Source: Haplodiscus bocki (taxonomy: Eukaryota). Taken from it: a stretch of 64,000 bases of DNA. Each line of letters opens with the position of its first letter. Within the stretch, counting starts at the first letter, position 1. Shown here in pieces: positions 11,601 to 26,520 of the stretch. The position numbers were made by a program, and so were the translations under genes. The notes beneath the pieces were generated by a model. That model saw only the letters and a program-made list of their open reading frames with translations, searched no databases and was not told where the DNA came from. The DNA is taken from positions 70,432,001 through 70,496,000 of the forward strand of contig OZ296655.1 in NCBI GenBank assembly GCA_965655095.1, given 5' to 3'.

Positions 11601-14400
11601 TCAGAATTGCAGACTGTTGTAATAAAGTTTTAGTATTTCTTAAATTATTTCTTCATATTGAATTTGGAAGAGTTTAACAGTTTCAAAAAAAATTGCATCG
11701 AATAATTTAATTATGATCTTCCATCATTTTTTGTTAATACGAATGGAGAACTGATATTTCCTAAAAACAGCTAAAACAGGATGACAATCATCCTTTTTCA
11801 AGGAGGTACAATTTCACGTTTGACCAAAAAAAAGTACATGCTCGGTTCGGTTATCAGATTTCAGTGTTGCAAAATGAATTTGCAAAAGCAATTGTTTGTG
11901 TTTTGTTTGATTCATTTGCAGTTCCTTTTGAGTAAAAGAACGGCTCAACATATCAGCTACAGAAAACTTTTTCCCTTTCTTATAAGAAAGACAAAACTTT
12001 TGCAGTTTTAGCTAATTGCATTTGCGCAGTGTAAAATAGTAGAGAAAGGTTTCCTTTCTTGGTAAAACACGTAAGAATTGGTGTATGATCATTTAAAACG
12101 AAGGTGAAAAGATTAGAGCCATTGATTTTTTTTGAGAATTTTCAGTGAATATACCAATCCATTTAGTTCACAATATGTAGTACAGAGTTTTTGTTCATTA
12201 GTTGAAAAATTTCGACAATTATACGAAATATTATCCAGTTTTCTTTTATCTTTCATTTGGATTAAGGCACACCCTATACCAGTTCTATACACTGAAAAGA
12301 ATCTACAGTAATAAAAAATGGATGGTTTGTATTGGTTACTGACAGAGTAACTTCGTTTCCAATTGATGATTTAATTTGTTGAAACAGTGCTTTTAGTTCC
12401 TCATTTCAGTGAAAATTAATATTATGAGGAAGCAAATCATACAGTGGCTCCATTTTAACATGAAGTTTGTCAAAAAACTTGGCATAGAAGTTTTTTCAGC
12501 CAATGGGCCTGATTAGTTCAGATTTTGTTTCCGGAGAAGGAATTTTTTCAATTTCAGCCTTTTCGGAATAAATTGGTTTAATTGTATTGAAACAAAATTC
12601 ATGACCAAGATACTTTACAGTCAATAGCCTGAAAGAAAGTTTCTCATGACCTAACTTCAGATTTTATGTTTTAGCGATATCAAGAAGTTGTTTGATTAGT
12701 TGCAGCTTATGCTCAGAAATTGGCATGAGCCAAACATCATGAGTAAAAATCAGTGCAGATACTTGACTGATCAAATGTTTGAAAAACAGAGATATTTGTT
12801 GTGTAAAAAAGTTTGGAAGGTTTTTAAGACCATTAAATCTTCTAATGAAAGCGAGAAGTTTATCATCAGATGGAAATCCAATTAGTTTGATGGTTTCCTC
12901 ATCTAATGTAGCAAGTGCATATGCAGACAGAAGTTCAGTTGCACAATGAAAATTTCTTTTTGCCTTAGCAAGCTGTGTTACCTAAGGTTCCAGTGGCCAG
13001 GGTTCAGATGAATGATCAGTGTTTGAGTTGAGATGTTTAGCATCCAATGCAAAATCTGTAGTCTTTTTTTATGACAATCAATGTCTCCAGAAAAGTAGTT
13101 CCATAATTTAGTTCTTCATAAACCAATTGGTTTTTTTAATCCATTTTTTGTAAAGCATTCAAAAAAACTTTCAGTTTGTCCTGGTAACATATAGAAGTTT
13201 AGCAGGTCTTTGTGTTTGCAATTTGGTATCAGGTTTTAATCTAATCGGAAAAGGAGTAGATTTTTTCCGACATCAGTACTATGTTTAGCAAAACAGTGTT
13301 TATTTTCGACAACAGCTTTGCAGAGTTGTTTTTATTCTGAATCAATAAGATCAGAGTATTGACAATGAAATTTCTTCCGATTTTGTTAATTTTTTTTAGA
13401 GTATGTAAATGTGGAAATATTCGTGGAGCAGTTTTTTGAGACGGTTGTACATTGCAGACTGTGTTGTATAGTTTTGGATTTTTATACATATCAATATGGT
13501 TAGCTTCGAATTAAATGTTTGTTCGTGTCATATCTTGTTAATGAACAATACTCTGTTCGGTTACCTCAGGGGATGGTAGAGATGAAATACCGAATGAATC
13601 AGAGTATTTATAACATTAAATCTATATTGAGGTGCTTTAACAGTGGTAGTATGAATTTCTATACCCTTTATTAATCCCGTTGGAATGTAGCCATGTACAT
13701 CGTATTTTTTGAAATTAATACTGAGGACTATTTTTCGGAATTCTTCGATAACATTACCGCAAAGGAAAAACATCGTTTCACTTTTGACAGACAAGGAGTT
13801 TGAGGCATTTTAGCTAAAAAAGTCTCATGATTCTCAGTTTTAAGCAGTGAATCTTTGGTATTTTTCAAAGAAAAGTGTAAATTTTGCACAGTATTGAGTT
13901 TGAAATATGTTGGCTTTTTTGATTTTTTTTGGTAAAAAAATCAAAAGAAGGGAAACTTCCATTAAATCAGTGTGGTAAAAAAAACATTTGTAGATTGATC
14001 ATTGATTGAATGTTTGAAGTTAATGGTGAAAGCTTGACAATCAATATTTTTGCACGTATTTCTGAGCGAATGGCGTTCCGAGAGTATAATATCTAATATC
14101 AGCTACAGCGAAAAGCATGATGAAAAATTGTGATTTTTTTCTATTGATTAGAAACAAGTTACAGAAATATATTGTTTATTTGCAACTTGCGTTTCGTTTC
14201 CAACAGTCAAGGTTTTTGATGTATCATGTTGATCTTGAGTACAAACAAGGAACATTCGAGTGATCAACATATAGATTGCATAATTTGGGACCCAAACAGA
14301 TGCACGGCTATCAAAAAAGGAAGCGATCCCCAGGTTTGAAGTTAAGTTTGAATCGGTTACGCTTTGAGACAGAATATACAGGTTTTAAAACCAACTTGTT
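8640..14400 (-). pseudogene. pol: pol polyprotein pseudogene, copy 1 (protease, RT, RNase H, integrase, GPY/F, low-complexity tail)
   Basis: Protease FFDSRAS (from LDSGAS) at ~14298-14318. RT: PWPLEP ~13000, SAYAHATLDEETIKL ~12900, GLKNLPNFF ~12820, degenerate YxDD (IFTHDVWLM) ~12733-12750. RNase H: TVDS..GCALIQ..ISYNCRNFSTNEQKLCTTYCEL ~12150-12310, ADMLSR ~11950. IN: IHDCIDC ~10920, IVDHFS ~10755, GTEYLN ~10625. GPY/F KLKPVQKGPF at 9933-10070; YNLRP tail ~8655. Confidence 0.9.
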
Positions 14401-16106
14401 GGAGTTATGGCAAATGTCATTTGAGTGATATACATATTAATTTGAAAATTGTCTTTCGATTTGGAAAAATTTTCATTGTAGTTGTCATAATGTTCAGATG
14501 ATTTTGGATTAACAATTTTAGCAGATCTTCTACAAGCAGACGCAGATAGTGAACATATTCTTGATGGAGGTCGGTATAAAGAATCATACCTTCTAAAGCA
14601 CTGTCGATTTTTAGAGTTGGATCTGGAAAAAGAACGATAATAATTTTTTAGGTTTTTTTCTGAAGGAAAAGTAGTGAGGAGATCTAGAATATGTTCGTTG
14701 TTAGTAAAAAAGTGTACCTTGAACGTGATGCACTTCCATCAGAATTAGATTCTCCTTTGCGATAATGATATCGAGAACAAGAATTTTCAATTGATTGACG
14801 TGAAATTGAAGGTGATCGAAAACGAAAGTTTCGATTTGGAGAATGTCATTTTCTTGAAATTGAACGGATTCTTGAATCATAACTGTTGCGTAAATAATAT
14901 TTTACTAGATAAGATGCAGGTTGTTCCTTTCGATGAATTTGATTCTGGTACGCTCTAAAGTTTTGAGTACAGGATTTATCAGGTGATCTCGATCGAGAAT
15001 AAGTATTCCGTTTTCTTTCTTCATCTTTGCGTTCTTTGCGGAAAAAATGAATTAGAGTGATTGGAGTTTTGACAATAACTACAGTAATTCGAAAATTGTC
15101 GTTTATTCCTTATATTTGGATCAGTTGTTTGTTCAAACATGATTTCGGTATTCGGATCATGAATTTCAGTGGAAAAATTATGAGATTCCCGTTTTGATGT
15201 TACATTATCAATTTCAGTGGTTGATCAAGACCTTTTCTCTTCGTTTTATCTTCAGCATCAACAAATGTAACCACTGTGTGAAATGGAATGGATGGTTCCA
15301 TAACAGCCGATGTATGCTGGACCTACAGTTTATGAGAGAAGTCTTTCAAAATTTCGGGTAAACCTCGAGTGAAAAACTCTTTATATTTGAGGCTATTAGT
15401 TGCAGCCGAATCACTATGCCAGCTTTTTTCAAGTAATTGGTGATCTTTCAAATCTTATTGACGTACGTTTTCAACTTCTTTTTTCGTTAAAACTTGAGCG
15501 TCAACTTGTACGTAATATACAATTTTCTTTGGAAAAAGTTGTTTTTCGAATGCAGATACAAAGGCACACCAGTTATTTTTCTATCTCTTGGGAATTGGCA
15601 AAAAAATCTCGAAGCGATTCTACATAAAGAAAAATGTACATATGCCTTTTGTGCCAATGTTTAATAGCTACAGGAGCGAGTAGTTGTTTTCCCATAGTAA
15701 AAATCATGTGTGCATCATTTTGATGTAATTGTTTTTCGGGAGTATATTGATGGTGAAGTCCATCAGAAGTTTTCAGCAATTTCTTCAATGAGACAAAAAG
15801 TACAGTATAGTTTTGTATAATCGCAAGAGAAAGGTTTATTGGACTCACAAAGGAAGATGATGAAGGTAAAGTTGCAGAGAGACCCATATTAGGTACTGTG
15901 TGTGGTTGGTATAACGTTTGACATGGATCTGCCGTGACATTTAATTTAGTATTTGTTTGAAATGGAATATTGTTGGTACTACTCAATGAGTGAGTATCAG
16001 GGATATTCAGCAAAGACAAAGGGGATCCTGAAAAAGTGGGAACAGTTGTAGTTATTGAGTTCAGCATAAATGTTTGATCATTTGATGTGTTTGAATGATT
16101 TGTCAC
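14400..16106 (-). pseudogene. gag: gag pseudogene, copy 1
   Basis: Directly upstream of the protease. Capsid-like segment (SDGLHHQYTPEKQLHQNDAHMIFTMG; FFTRGLPEILKDF), degenerate zinc knuckle C-S-Y-C-Q-N-S-N-H-S-N-S-F-F (CX2CX4HX4[C>F]) at ~15042-15083, then an Arg/Ser-rich tail. Confidence 0.8.
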
Positions 16107-19100
16107 AGTGTTGTTATTCTGCTTATAGCTAAGATTATCAGTAAAAGGATTTCACATTGGTATGTATCTTTCAACTCTATTACATTGAGAAAATGTTATT
16201 ATTGCAGTGATTTGAAATTCAAATTGATGAGAAGTTGCACCAAAAGAAATATCTAGCGATGTAAACTTTTCAGATGATTTTGGATCTTTTCGAAAATCAG
16301 CATTGCTTCCAGCAGTTTCTATAGGACCTTGCAATAGATTGTAATACCGGGGGTCAGAGTCGGACTAGTTGGAATTGAGATTGCAGTAACTTCAGTAGGA
16401 GATAAATTTTCAGTGATTTTAGTACTGTTTATATTTGGATTAAGAAAAACAGAAGTTGTTTGTGTTTGAGGTTGGAAACCAGTACTAGTAGTTTTTTGCT
16501 TTTTGAGCACTCGTTTTTTCAGCAATCATTGATTGAGTTGAAAACATCTCATCAATTTGGTGATCAATAGGTCTATATTGGGCAAAAATTCTAAATGGGA
16601 AAGAAATTCAGTATTGATTTGAAGTAGGTTAAGATACTTCGAATGAACATTTTCAGTTTTATTAAAGACCGGATGTATTTCATATTCAGTGGAATAGTTT
16701 GAAGACTTCTAAAAACAGCTGCAATCTGAAGTACTCCAGATAAGTCGGTAATTGAATCGCAAGAACTTCCTCAAATACAGAGAAGAAAGTTTATTTTGTG
16801 GTTTTGTTACACTGTCTACAACAGTTATTTGGGAGAAAAATGTACACTGAAAAGCATTTTTTGAGCTAAAAAATAGCTCAATAGCCAATGGTGAGGATCA
16901 TTGAGTCTTTCATTTTTTTTCCACTTCAGTAGTGTCAAAGTGGTGTTGTTTATTACGAAATTCATCAATAACCGAGGAAACAACAACAGATTGTTCTGTT
17001 AATTCATTAGTTTCTATCTTCTTGCAGTTTATTCAGTATATTTAAGGATACATCCTGAATTGGCAGATAAACATCTCACAGATTTTTGTCCACGAAAATC
17101 TTCAATTGTTGATGTTTTTTTATTAGGTGAGAAACTACAGTGAAAGCTACAACAGCAAAACTTTATTCTTAAGTATTTTAATGTTCATAAAATAGACGAG
17201 AATCATGGTGTGCTCTAATTAGAGGAATTGAATAAATGTCGTTACAGTGTTTTTCAGATGGCAGAGACTTTTTTGGTTGTTTATTTTGCTCAGATGATTG
17301 CTCAGATGAGAGAACTTCAGTGAAATGTTGCTGCTATTCTGCAGAGGAGTTTTGTATTTGTCCAGTAAGTATCTCAGACACGAAGAATTCTGGGATTTGC
17401 AAAGGAAATGTTTGTGTATATAAATTTGAGTTTCTATTCGGTTCCACAGACGTTTCACTTTGCGGAGTATCAATGTTTTCTCAGTTTGGTTCTTCTTATC
17501 ATCATTCTCATTTTCAGATAAAGTTTTTGAGTGTGAAGTAACAGTCTGGTGTCTACTGGACAATCTTTTTTATTTTTTCCAGAGGAGTTGAAGGTATTTG
17601 AATCCAAAACGTTTCAGTAATCAGTATAAGAATCGTTATATCAAATTTCTGTGGGAAACCAAATGATTGAGGTTTCAAAATGTTGTATATTCTTATTAAA
17701 ATCCAACGGCCAAGAATGGAAAAGAAATTTACGTGAATGGATAAAAGATTACTTATTTAAAAAGTTGCGTGCAACCAAAATGGTTGTTAGCAAATTGCGA
17801 AAAACGTTTCGAGCTGCGGTGAACCAAAATTTTTTTTAGCAGAATTCCAATGAAGTTTTCAATGTGAAAAATTTTAGTCTTTACGGTCGGAGAATGATAA
17901 GCGAATGTACTTTAAAGACAGAGCTTGGGAATTTCTGAACAATCAATAATTGCGCACAATGACTAATTTAAACCGATCGCAGGATTATATTTTTCCGTTT
18001 TACAAGATGAGAGAACTTCGATAGGTAGAACGGAGTTCAGTACTATCTAAAAACTTTCTTAGTTGACAAACAAGTCTTCACTACGTTTTTTGCAGTCAGC
18101 TCAGTATTCGGCAACTAAAAATTCCAAAGACACTTTGGAAAGGAAATTGATTGTTCTGAAATTAAACGTTACGGGTTAGAAAAGGAAAAAAAAGGGAGCC
18201 ACAGGGTAAGAAACTTTCTACAGGGAAAGTTTTTACAACATAAAAGATAGGATCCTGGCAACAGTAAACTTATGAGGAAATAAATAATTCCGAGAAATAG
18301 AATTTACTTGATCGGAAGATGCCATTGAAAATTGCTAATATTATTTTTACAGACATTAGAGTATAAACTGTAAAGAAAAGTTTCAGTGCGTTGCTCGAAA
18401 GAATTTTCAAAAGGGAAACTGATTGATTACAGAGTTGAAAGAGGAAAATTGTCACAGATATTGGAACAAAAGATTTTGTCGATGTTAACAACATAATGGT
18501 AATCAAAAAGTGAAAGGAAGGCGAAAAGGAATGGCAAAATTGACTCCTGTCCTAACGTCAGAAATTTTTGACCTCTTGGTCTAGTTTGCGATGCTAGAAT
18601 GGAATGGTATCAGGGTCTGGGCGGGATTCAGTTACTAAGAATGACAGTCAACGATCATGTAGAAAGATGGCCGAGTTTATAGTCGAAACGACATTGGAAG
18701 TTTGAAGTCCAAACGACTGGAAGTTTAGGGTTGAAACGACTGTAGAAAATGAAGAACTTTTTGTTGATTAATTGAAATTTTTTATAAAGTGACGTCTGAA
18801 AATTGAAGAAAAACAAAAGAAAGGAGATGCAAAAGAAGAAGGAATAAAAAGGTTTGTTGAGAGAGAAGGTAGGGAATTTTGACGAGGATAAAATTTCACT
18901 GTTATCGCACCAAATTTTATTAACTTTAATATGATGTTTGCGTTGTAAAGTTAATACTACAAAGACACTTTGACAGAGAAATACACAGGCCCTCCCTAAC
19001 TTGCTTGACTTGAGTTCATTTTCTTGACTTGGTGTATGCTAACGATATCTCAGATTTCTCAGTAGTTCTCTTGAGAAAACAACTATTCTCTACTTGGTTA

Positions 19101-19215
19101 ATACTTCAACTCTCGATTTATATCTAGATCAGAAGCATTCATACAGTCATAAGTGAAAAGATTTACAGAGTTACATTGTGTCTAATGGTATTCCAGGAAA
19201 ATCGTTTTAAAAAAC

Positions 19216-22200
19216 AATATCAGAAGCAGTTTTAAGATCAGGTAGATTGTTCACCAATTTTGTTTTGCTGAGCGGAGGTGTCTGGTGTATCACAAAAAAT
19301 AGCGTCAACTGACTTTCGATGTTTGGAAGATTTTGATTTTTTAGCTACAGTTTTAGTAAGAGGTGAAGGTGTTGATGGAAATGGAGAGGAACTATATCAG
19401 CAGGATTCAGGATATGAATAGTTTTAGGAATGATAGCCGGAGTGATAGCCCTAACCACCGGTGTCGGTGATAGAGGAGGTCTATGAACAGTTACAGTAGA
19501 AGTAATTAATTTCTCAGAGGAGGAATTAATTTTCCTCAGAATTGTTTGAAGTTTGTACATTGGATCCAGTATCTATAAAAATGGAGTTTATTTTCCAAAT
19601 TGATGGAACAGAGGGTATATAAAAATTTTTAATCTGAATCTGGAGATGAGATTCTTTCCAGACTAAATAGCAGAGTCTTAAAAGTGAAAGACGGGAGATA
19701 TAACCTATGAAGAACAAGAAAAAGAAGTTTTTGAAAGTTTCCATAGACACACCAGTGGCAACTCTTTTCAACTTGATTCAATGTCGATGAGCAACTTTCT
19801 TCAATTCAATATTCTTGAAAATGATTCTTTCTCCGCCGAGGAAGGTCGAATGAAAAGTCAAATTTTTTTTCTTGGTAGTGGTCGTAGCTCATTTTTGGTT
19901 CAAGTATTTCATTTGGAAGCTTGTAATTGTTTGAAATGCAGAGAAGAATTTCACCGAAAGACGTAGGTGAGTCCTGAAAATGTCAATAACGGGAAGATCG
20001 AAAGTTTCCGGAAATTTGTTGAAAGATTGAAATCTTGGCAATCGTGGTCTATAAATTATTAGTTGAGAATCAGAGTTTGACCTTGAAAGATGATAATTAA
20101 TATCATTTAACTTTGCAGATATAAGGAAATCATTATCAGAAGGTAATTGATTGGTCATCATCATAATTAGAGAATGGGTCGTTATCAATAACGTTATGAT
20201 CAAATTCTGAATTGAAATGTCAAATGAAGTATGAAGATCATTTTGATTCATGTTTGATGTATCAGAGTCATGAAAAAGTTCAGAATATATTTGATTTTAT
20301 AATTGGATGTGAGGAAAGAGTAAAGGTTCTTTAGGAGAATATCAAATCAGTTGATTTCGACTTGTTTGAAAGGATTTTCCATCCTTTGTCACAAGTTCAT
20401 ACAAAACTTCCGTAGGCTTGTTAATAGTTTTGAAAGGACCTTTTTGAACAGGTTTCAGTTTCTCCGAAAGTTGAAAGTTGAACAAATGAATACAGTGGTA
20501 ATGTTTTTTTTTTTCAAAATGGGGCGTTTTTCGCAACATTTTTGCACGGGAATTTGTTTTGTTCACTGCGTATTGATATATTTTAGCAAAATATTTGAAG
20601 CACTGCTGTTTCAACAGTAGAAATTGGTTTCAACAAGAAGCTATGAAACAACGGATATAAATGAATTGATTGATAATGAGATTGAGGAGGCAATTCAGGA
20701 AAGTAATTTCCTGTACATTCACGGAATTGATTTCGAGAAAGACTTAGTTGGAAATTCAGTGGAAGTTGTGGTTGCCTATGAAAAACTATTTCTTATTCTT
20801 ATGGGGAAACATGCCGATGTGATAGTGGTTGAGTAGTATGTGCTTATTCAAAGAAATGTACTCGAATGGACCAGTTTTCAGCGGTTTCATGCAGAAACAT
20901 TCTCGGTTGTTTTCCAAAATTTTTAGTTGATACTTCAAAAAATCCATTTGCCTAAAGATTATCTGAAAGTTTTGGAGAATGACGAATATGAAACAGAGTA
21001 CAACAATTCGCCATTTCAGAATTAAGATATTCAGTTCCTGGTCCCGAAAACAGATACTGCGGTGGATCAATTGTTGAAAATCAGCGCTGAAATATTGAGT
21101 TTACAGCGTAATGAGCAATATTTTTTTGAGTGAGTACAGTCACATGGTAATTGCTAAAATGATCGACAATTACACGAATTTACTGATTTGTTTCAGAAGC
21201 AGGATTTATTGAACCTTTAGTGGCCATAGAGATACTATCGTAAAGAGTTTGACAGCTTCGATAATGGTATGATTGCAGCTTGGTTTTGTTTCAAATTATT
21301 GTTTTTACGCATTGGGCAATCAATACAGTCGTGGATAATATTTGATAGTTTTTTTTGCAGAAATGGAGTATCATATTATAGATCAGATTTTTTTTGTGCA
21401 TTATGCAAACCAGCATGAGAATATTCTTGGATTTTTTTAAATGCAGATTGAAACAGTGTCAGCGATAAGCACAAGCGAGACTTGTGAGACGGAAAATTAT
21501 CATGAGTTTACTGTGGGAAAGTGTCATTATTTTTCAGTGGTAAAGTTTTAATAGTTATCAATTCAGTCTGCTCATCAAAGTACAGATTTGGAAATATTCG
21601 ATCGTATTCCAACCAAATTGGACTAGCAGTTATTAGAGTTGTTTTTTTTTCAAAAAGACGAGAATATTTAGTCATCCATTTATTTAGAAACTTGCGTACA
21701 GGATGTCTTTTTTGATATATCAGCATTGTTTCAATTTTAACTAAAGTATTAGGAGGTGAAAAAAAATCTTTAAGTTTAGATGCCTACTTGAAGAATGATG
21801 GATCAAGGATTGAATTGACTAATGATTGTTCATTTACAGATTAATGTTTTTCATGTATAGCTTGCGGTTGTAAACTTTCAGTTCCAGAGTCATTACTTTT
21901 TTAAGAAACAAGATGGATTATCAATCAATGATAAATCAGGGGAAAAAGGATCATCATTTTGTCATATCATTTTCTCAGTAGGATCATCTTTATCAGTGAT
22001 ATGGTAATCTTTCAGAATTGCAGACTGTTGTAATAAAGTTTTGGTATTTCTTAAATTATTTCTTCATAATGAATTTGGAAGAGTTTAACAGTTTCAAAAA
22101 AAATTGCATCGAATAATTTAATTATGATCTTCCATCATTTTTTGTTAATACGAATGGAGAACTGATATTTCCTAAAAACAGCTAAAACAGGATGACAATC

Positions 22201-24814
22201 ATCCTTTTTCAAGGAGGTACAATTTCACGTTTGACCAAAAAAAAGTACATGCTCGGTTCGGTTATCAGATTTCAGTGTTGCAAAATGAATTTGCAAAAGC
22301 AATTGTTTGTGTTTTGTTTGATTCATTTGCAGTTCCTTTTGAGTAAAAGAACGGCTCAACATATCAGCTACAGAAAACTTTTTCCCTTTCTTATAAGAAA
22401 GACAAAACTTTTGCAGTTTCAGCTAATTGCATTTGCGCAGTGTAAAATAGTAGAGAAAGGTTTCCTTTCTTGGTAAAACACGTAAGAATTGGTGTATGAT
22501 CATTTAAAACGAAGGTGAAAAGATTAGAGCCATTGATTTTTTTTTGAGAATTTTCAGTGAATATACCAATCCATTTAGTTCACAATATGTAGTACAGAGT
22601 TTTTGTTCATTAGTTGAAAAATTTCGACAATTATACGAAATATTATCCAGTTTTCTTTTATCTTTCATTTGGATTAAGGCACACCCTATACCAGTTCTAT
22701 ACACTGAAAAGAATCTACAGTAATAAAAAATGGATGGTTTGTATTGGTTACTGACAGAGTAACTTCGTTTCCAATTGATGATTTAATTTGTTGAAACAGT
22801 GCTTTTAGTTCCTCATTTCAGTGAAAATTAATATTATGAGGAAGCAAATCATACAGTGGCTCCATTTTAACATGAAGTTTGTCAAAAAACTTGGCATAGA
22901 AGTTTTTTCAGCCAATGGGCCTGATTAGTTCAGATTTTGTTTCCGGAGAAGGAATTTTTTCAATTTCAGCCTTTTCGGAATAAATTGGTTTAATTGTATT
23001 GAAACAAAATTCATGACCAAGATACTTTACAGTCAATAGCCTGAAAGAAAGTTTCTCATGACCTAACTTCAGATTTTATGTTTTAGCGATATCAAGAAGT
23101 TGTTTGATTAGTTGCAGCTTATGCTCAGATATTGGCATGAGCCAAACATCATGAGTAAAAATCAGTGCAGATACTTGACTGATCAAATGTTTGAAAAACA
23201 GAGATATTTGTTGTGTAAAAAAGTTTGGAAGGTTTTTAAGACCATTAAATCTTCTAATGAAAGCGAGAAGTTTATCATCAGATGGAAATCCAATTAGTTT
23301 GATGGTTTCCTCATCTAATGTAGCAAGTGCATATGCAGACAGAAGTTCAGTTGCACAATGAAAATTTCTTTTTGCCTTAGCAAGCTGTGTTACCTAAGGT
23401 TCCAGTGGCCAGGGTTCAGATGAATGATCAGTGTTTGAGTTGAGATGTTTAGCATCCAATGCAAAATCTGTAGTCTTTTTTTATGACAATCAATGTCTCC
23501 AGAAAAGTAGTTCCATAATTTAGTTCTTCATAAACCAATTGGTTTTTTTAATCCATTTTTTGTAAAGCATTCAAAAAAACTTTCAGTTTGTCCTGGTAAC
23601 ATATAGAAGTTTAGCAGGTCTTTGTGTTTGCAATTTGGTATCAGGTTTTAATCTAATCGGAAAAGGAGTAGATTTTTTCCGACATCAGTACTATGTTTAG
23701 CAAAACAGTGTTTATTTTCGACAACAGCTTTGCAGAGTTGTTTTTATTCTGAATCAATAAGATCAGAGTATTGACAATGAAATTTCTTCCGATTTTGTTA
23801 ATTTTTTTTTAGAGTATGTAAATGTGGAAATATTCGTGGAGCAGTTTTTTGAGACGGTTGTACATTGCAGACTGTGTTGTATAGTTTTGGATTTTTATAC
23901 ATATCAATATGGTTAGCTCCGAATTAAATGTTTGTTCGTGTCATATCTTGTTAATGAACAATACTCTGTTCGGTTACCTCAGGGGATGGTAGAGATGAAA
24001 TACCGAATGAATCAGAGTATTTATATCATTAAATCTATATTGAGGTGCTTTAACAGTGGTAGTATGAATTTCTATACCCTTTATTAATCCCGTTGGAATG
24101 TAGCCATGTACATCGTATTTTTTGAAATTAATACTGAGGACTATTTTTCGGAATTCTTCGATAACATTACCGCAAAGGAAAAACATCGTTTCAATTTTGA
24201 CAGACAAGGAGTTTGAGGCATTTTAGCTAAAAAAGTCTCATGATTCTCAGTTTTAAGCAGTGAATCTTTGGTATTTTTCAAAAAAAAGTGTAAATTTTTC
24301 ACAGTATTGAGTTTGAAATATGTTGGCTTTTTTGATTTTTTTTGGTAAAAAAATCAAAAGAAGGGAAACTTCCATTAAATCAGTGTGGTAAAAAAAAACA
24401 TTTGTAGATTGATCATTGATTGAATGTTTGAAGTTAATGGTGAAAGCTTGACAATCAATATTTTTGCACGTATTTCTGAGCGAATGGCGTTCCGAGAGTA
24501 TAATATCTAATATCAGCTACAGCGAAAAGCATGATGAAAAATTGTGATTTTTTTCTATTGATTAGAAACAAGTTACAGAAATATATTGTTTATTTGCAAC
24601 TTGCGTTTCGTTTCCAACAGTCAAGGTTTTTGATGTATCATGTTGATCTTGAGTACAAACAAGGAACATTCGAGTGATCAACATATAGATTGCATAATTT
24701 GGGACCCAAACAGATGCACGGCTATCAAAAAAGGAAGCGATCTCCAGGCTTGAAGTTAAGTTTGAATCGGTTACGCTTTGAGACAGAATATACAGGTTTT
24801 AAAACCAACTTGTT
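19216..24814 (-). pseudogene. pol: pol pseudogene, copy 2
   Basis: Near-identical duplicate of 8807-14400 carrying the same lesions (protease motif ~24712-24732, RNase H fragment 22504-22704, GPY/F ~20342-20480). Confidence 0.9.
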
Positions 24815-26520
24815 GGAGTTATGGCAAATGTCATTTGAGTGATATACATATTAATTTGAAAATTGTCTTTCGATTTGGAAAAATTTTCATTGTAGTTGTC
24901 ATAATGTTCAGATGATTTTGGATTAACAATTTTAGCAGATCTTCTACAAGCAGACGCAGATAGTGAACATATTCTTGATGGAGGTCGGTATAAAGAATCA
25001 TACCTTCTAAAGCACTGTCGATTTTTAGAGTTGGATCTGGAAAAAGAACGATAATAATTTTTTAGGTTTTTTTCTGAAGGAAAAGTAGTGAGGAGATCTA
25101 GAATATGTTCGTTGTTAGTAAAAAAGTGTACCTTGAACGTGATGCACTTCCATCAGAATTAGATTCTCCTTTGCGATAATGATATCGAGAACAAGAATTT
25201 TCAATTGATTGACGTGAAATTGAAGGTGATCGAAAACGAAAGTTTCGATTTGGAGAATGTCATTTTCTTGAAATTGAACGGATTCTTGAATCATAACTGT
25301 TGCGTAAATAATATTTTACTAGATAAGATGCAGGTTGTTCCTTTCGATGAATTTGATTCTGGTACGCTCTAAAGTTTTGAGTACAGGATTTATCAGGTGA
25401 TCTCGATCGAGAATAAGTATTCCGTTTTCTTTCTTCATCTTTGCGTTCTTTGCGGAAAAAATGAATTAGAGTGATTGGAGTTTTGACAATAACTACAGTA
25501 ATTCGAAAATTGTCGTTTATTCCTTATATTTGGATCAGTTGTTTGTTCAAACATGATTTCGGTATTCGGATCATGAATTTCAGTGGAAAAATTATGAGAT
25601 TCCCGTTTTGATGTTACATTATCAATTTCAGTGGTTGATCAAGACCTTTTCTCTTCGTTTTATCTTCAGCATCAACAAATGTAACCACTGTGTGAAATGG
25701 AATGGATGGTTCCATAACAGCCGATGTATGCTGGACCTACAGTTTATGAGAGAAGTCTTTCAAAATTTCGGGTAAACCTCGAGTGAAAAACTCTTTATAT
25801 TTGAGGCTATTAGTTGCAGCCGAATCACTATGCCAGCTTTTTTCAAGTAATTGGTGATCTTTCAAATCTTATTGACGTACGTTTTCAACTTCTTTTTTCG
25901 TTAAAACTTGAGCGTCAACTTGTACGTAATATACAATTTTCTTTGGAAAAAGTTGTTTTTCGAATGCAGATACAAAGGCACACCAGTTATTTTTCTAACT
26001 CTTGGGAATTGGCAAAAAAATCTCGAAGCGATTCTACATAAAGAAAAATGTACATATGCCTTTTGTGCCAATGTTTAATAGCTACAGGAGGGAGTAGTTG
26101 TTTTCCCATAGTAAAAATCATGTGTGCATCATTTTGATGTAATTGTTTTTCGGGAGTATATTGATGGTGAAGTCCATCAGAAGTTTTCACCGATTTCTTC
26201 AATGAGACAAAAAGTACAGTATAGTTTTGTATAATCGCAAGAGAAAGGTTTATTGGACTCACAAAGGAAGATGATGAAGGTAAAGTTGCAGAGAGACCCA
26301 TATTAGGTACTGTGTGTGGTTGGTATAACGTTTGACATGGATCTGCCGTGACATTTAATTTAGTATTTGGTTGAAATGGAATATTGTTGGTACTACTCAA
26401 TGAGTGAGTATCAGGGATATTCAGCAAAGACAAAGGGGATCCTGAAAAAGTGGGAACAGTTGTAGTTATTGAGTTCAGCATAAATGTTTGATCATTTGAT
26501 GTGTTTGAATGATTTGTCAC
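24814..26520 (-). pseudogene. gag: gag pseudogene, copy 2
   Basis: Duplicate of 14400-16106 (ORF 25987-26520 matches 15573-16106). Confidence 0.8.

Larger units (their letters stand above)
4643..19214 (-). mobile_element. Degenerate Ty3/gypsy (Metaviridae) LTR retroelement A with env-like gene
   Basis: Minus-strand order gag-PR-RT-RNaseH-IN-GPY/F is diagnostic of Ty3/gypsy; it is followed by an env-like fragment and unknown ORF fragments. Many stops and frameshifts. Confidence 0.9.

Noticed and set aside
18606-18618. tggtatcagggtc, resembling the tRNA-iMet PBS (TGGTATCAGAGC), also present in array units U1-U3
   Set aside because: It is on the wrong strand for the element, is not next to an LTR, and reads tagttt(c/t)aggg in U4-U6.
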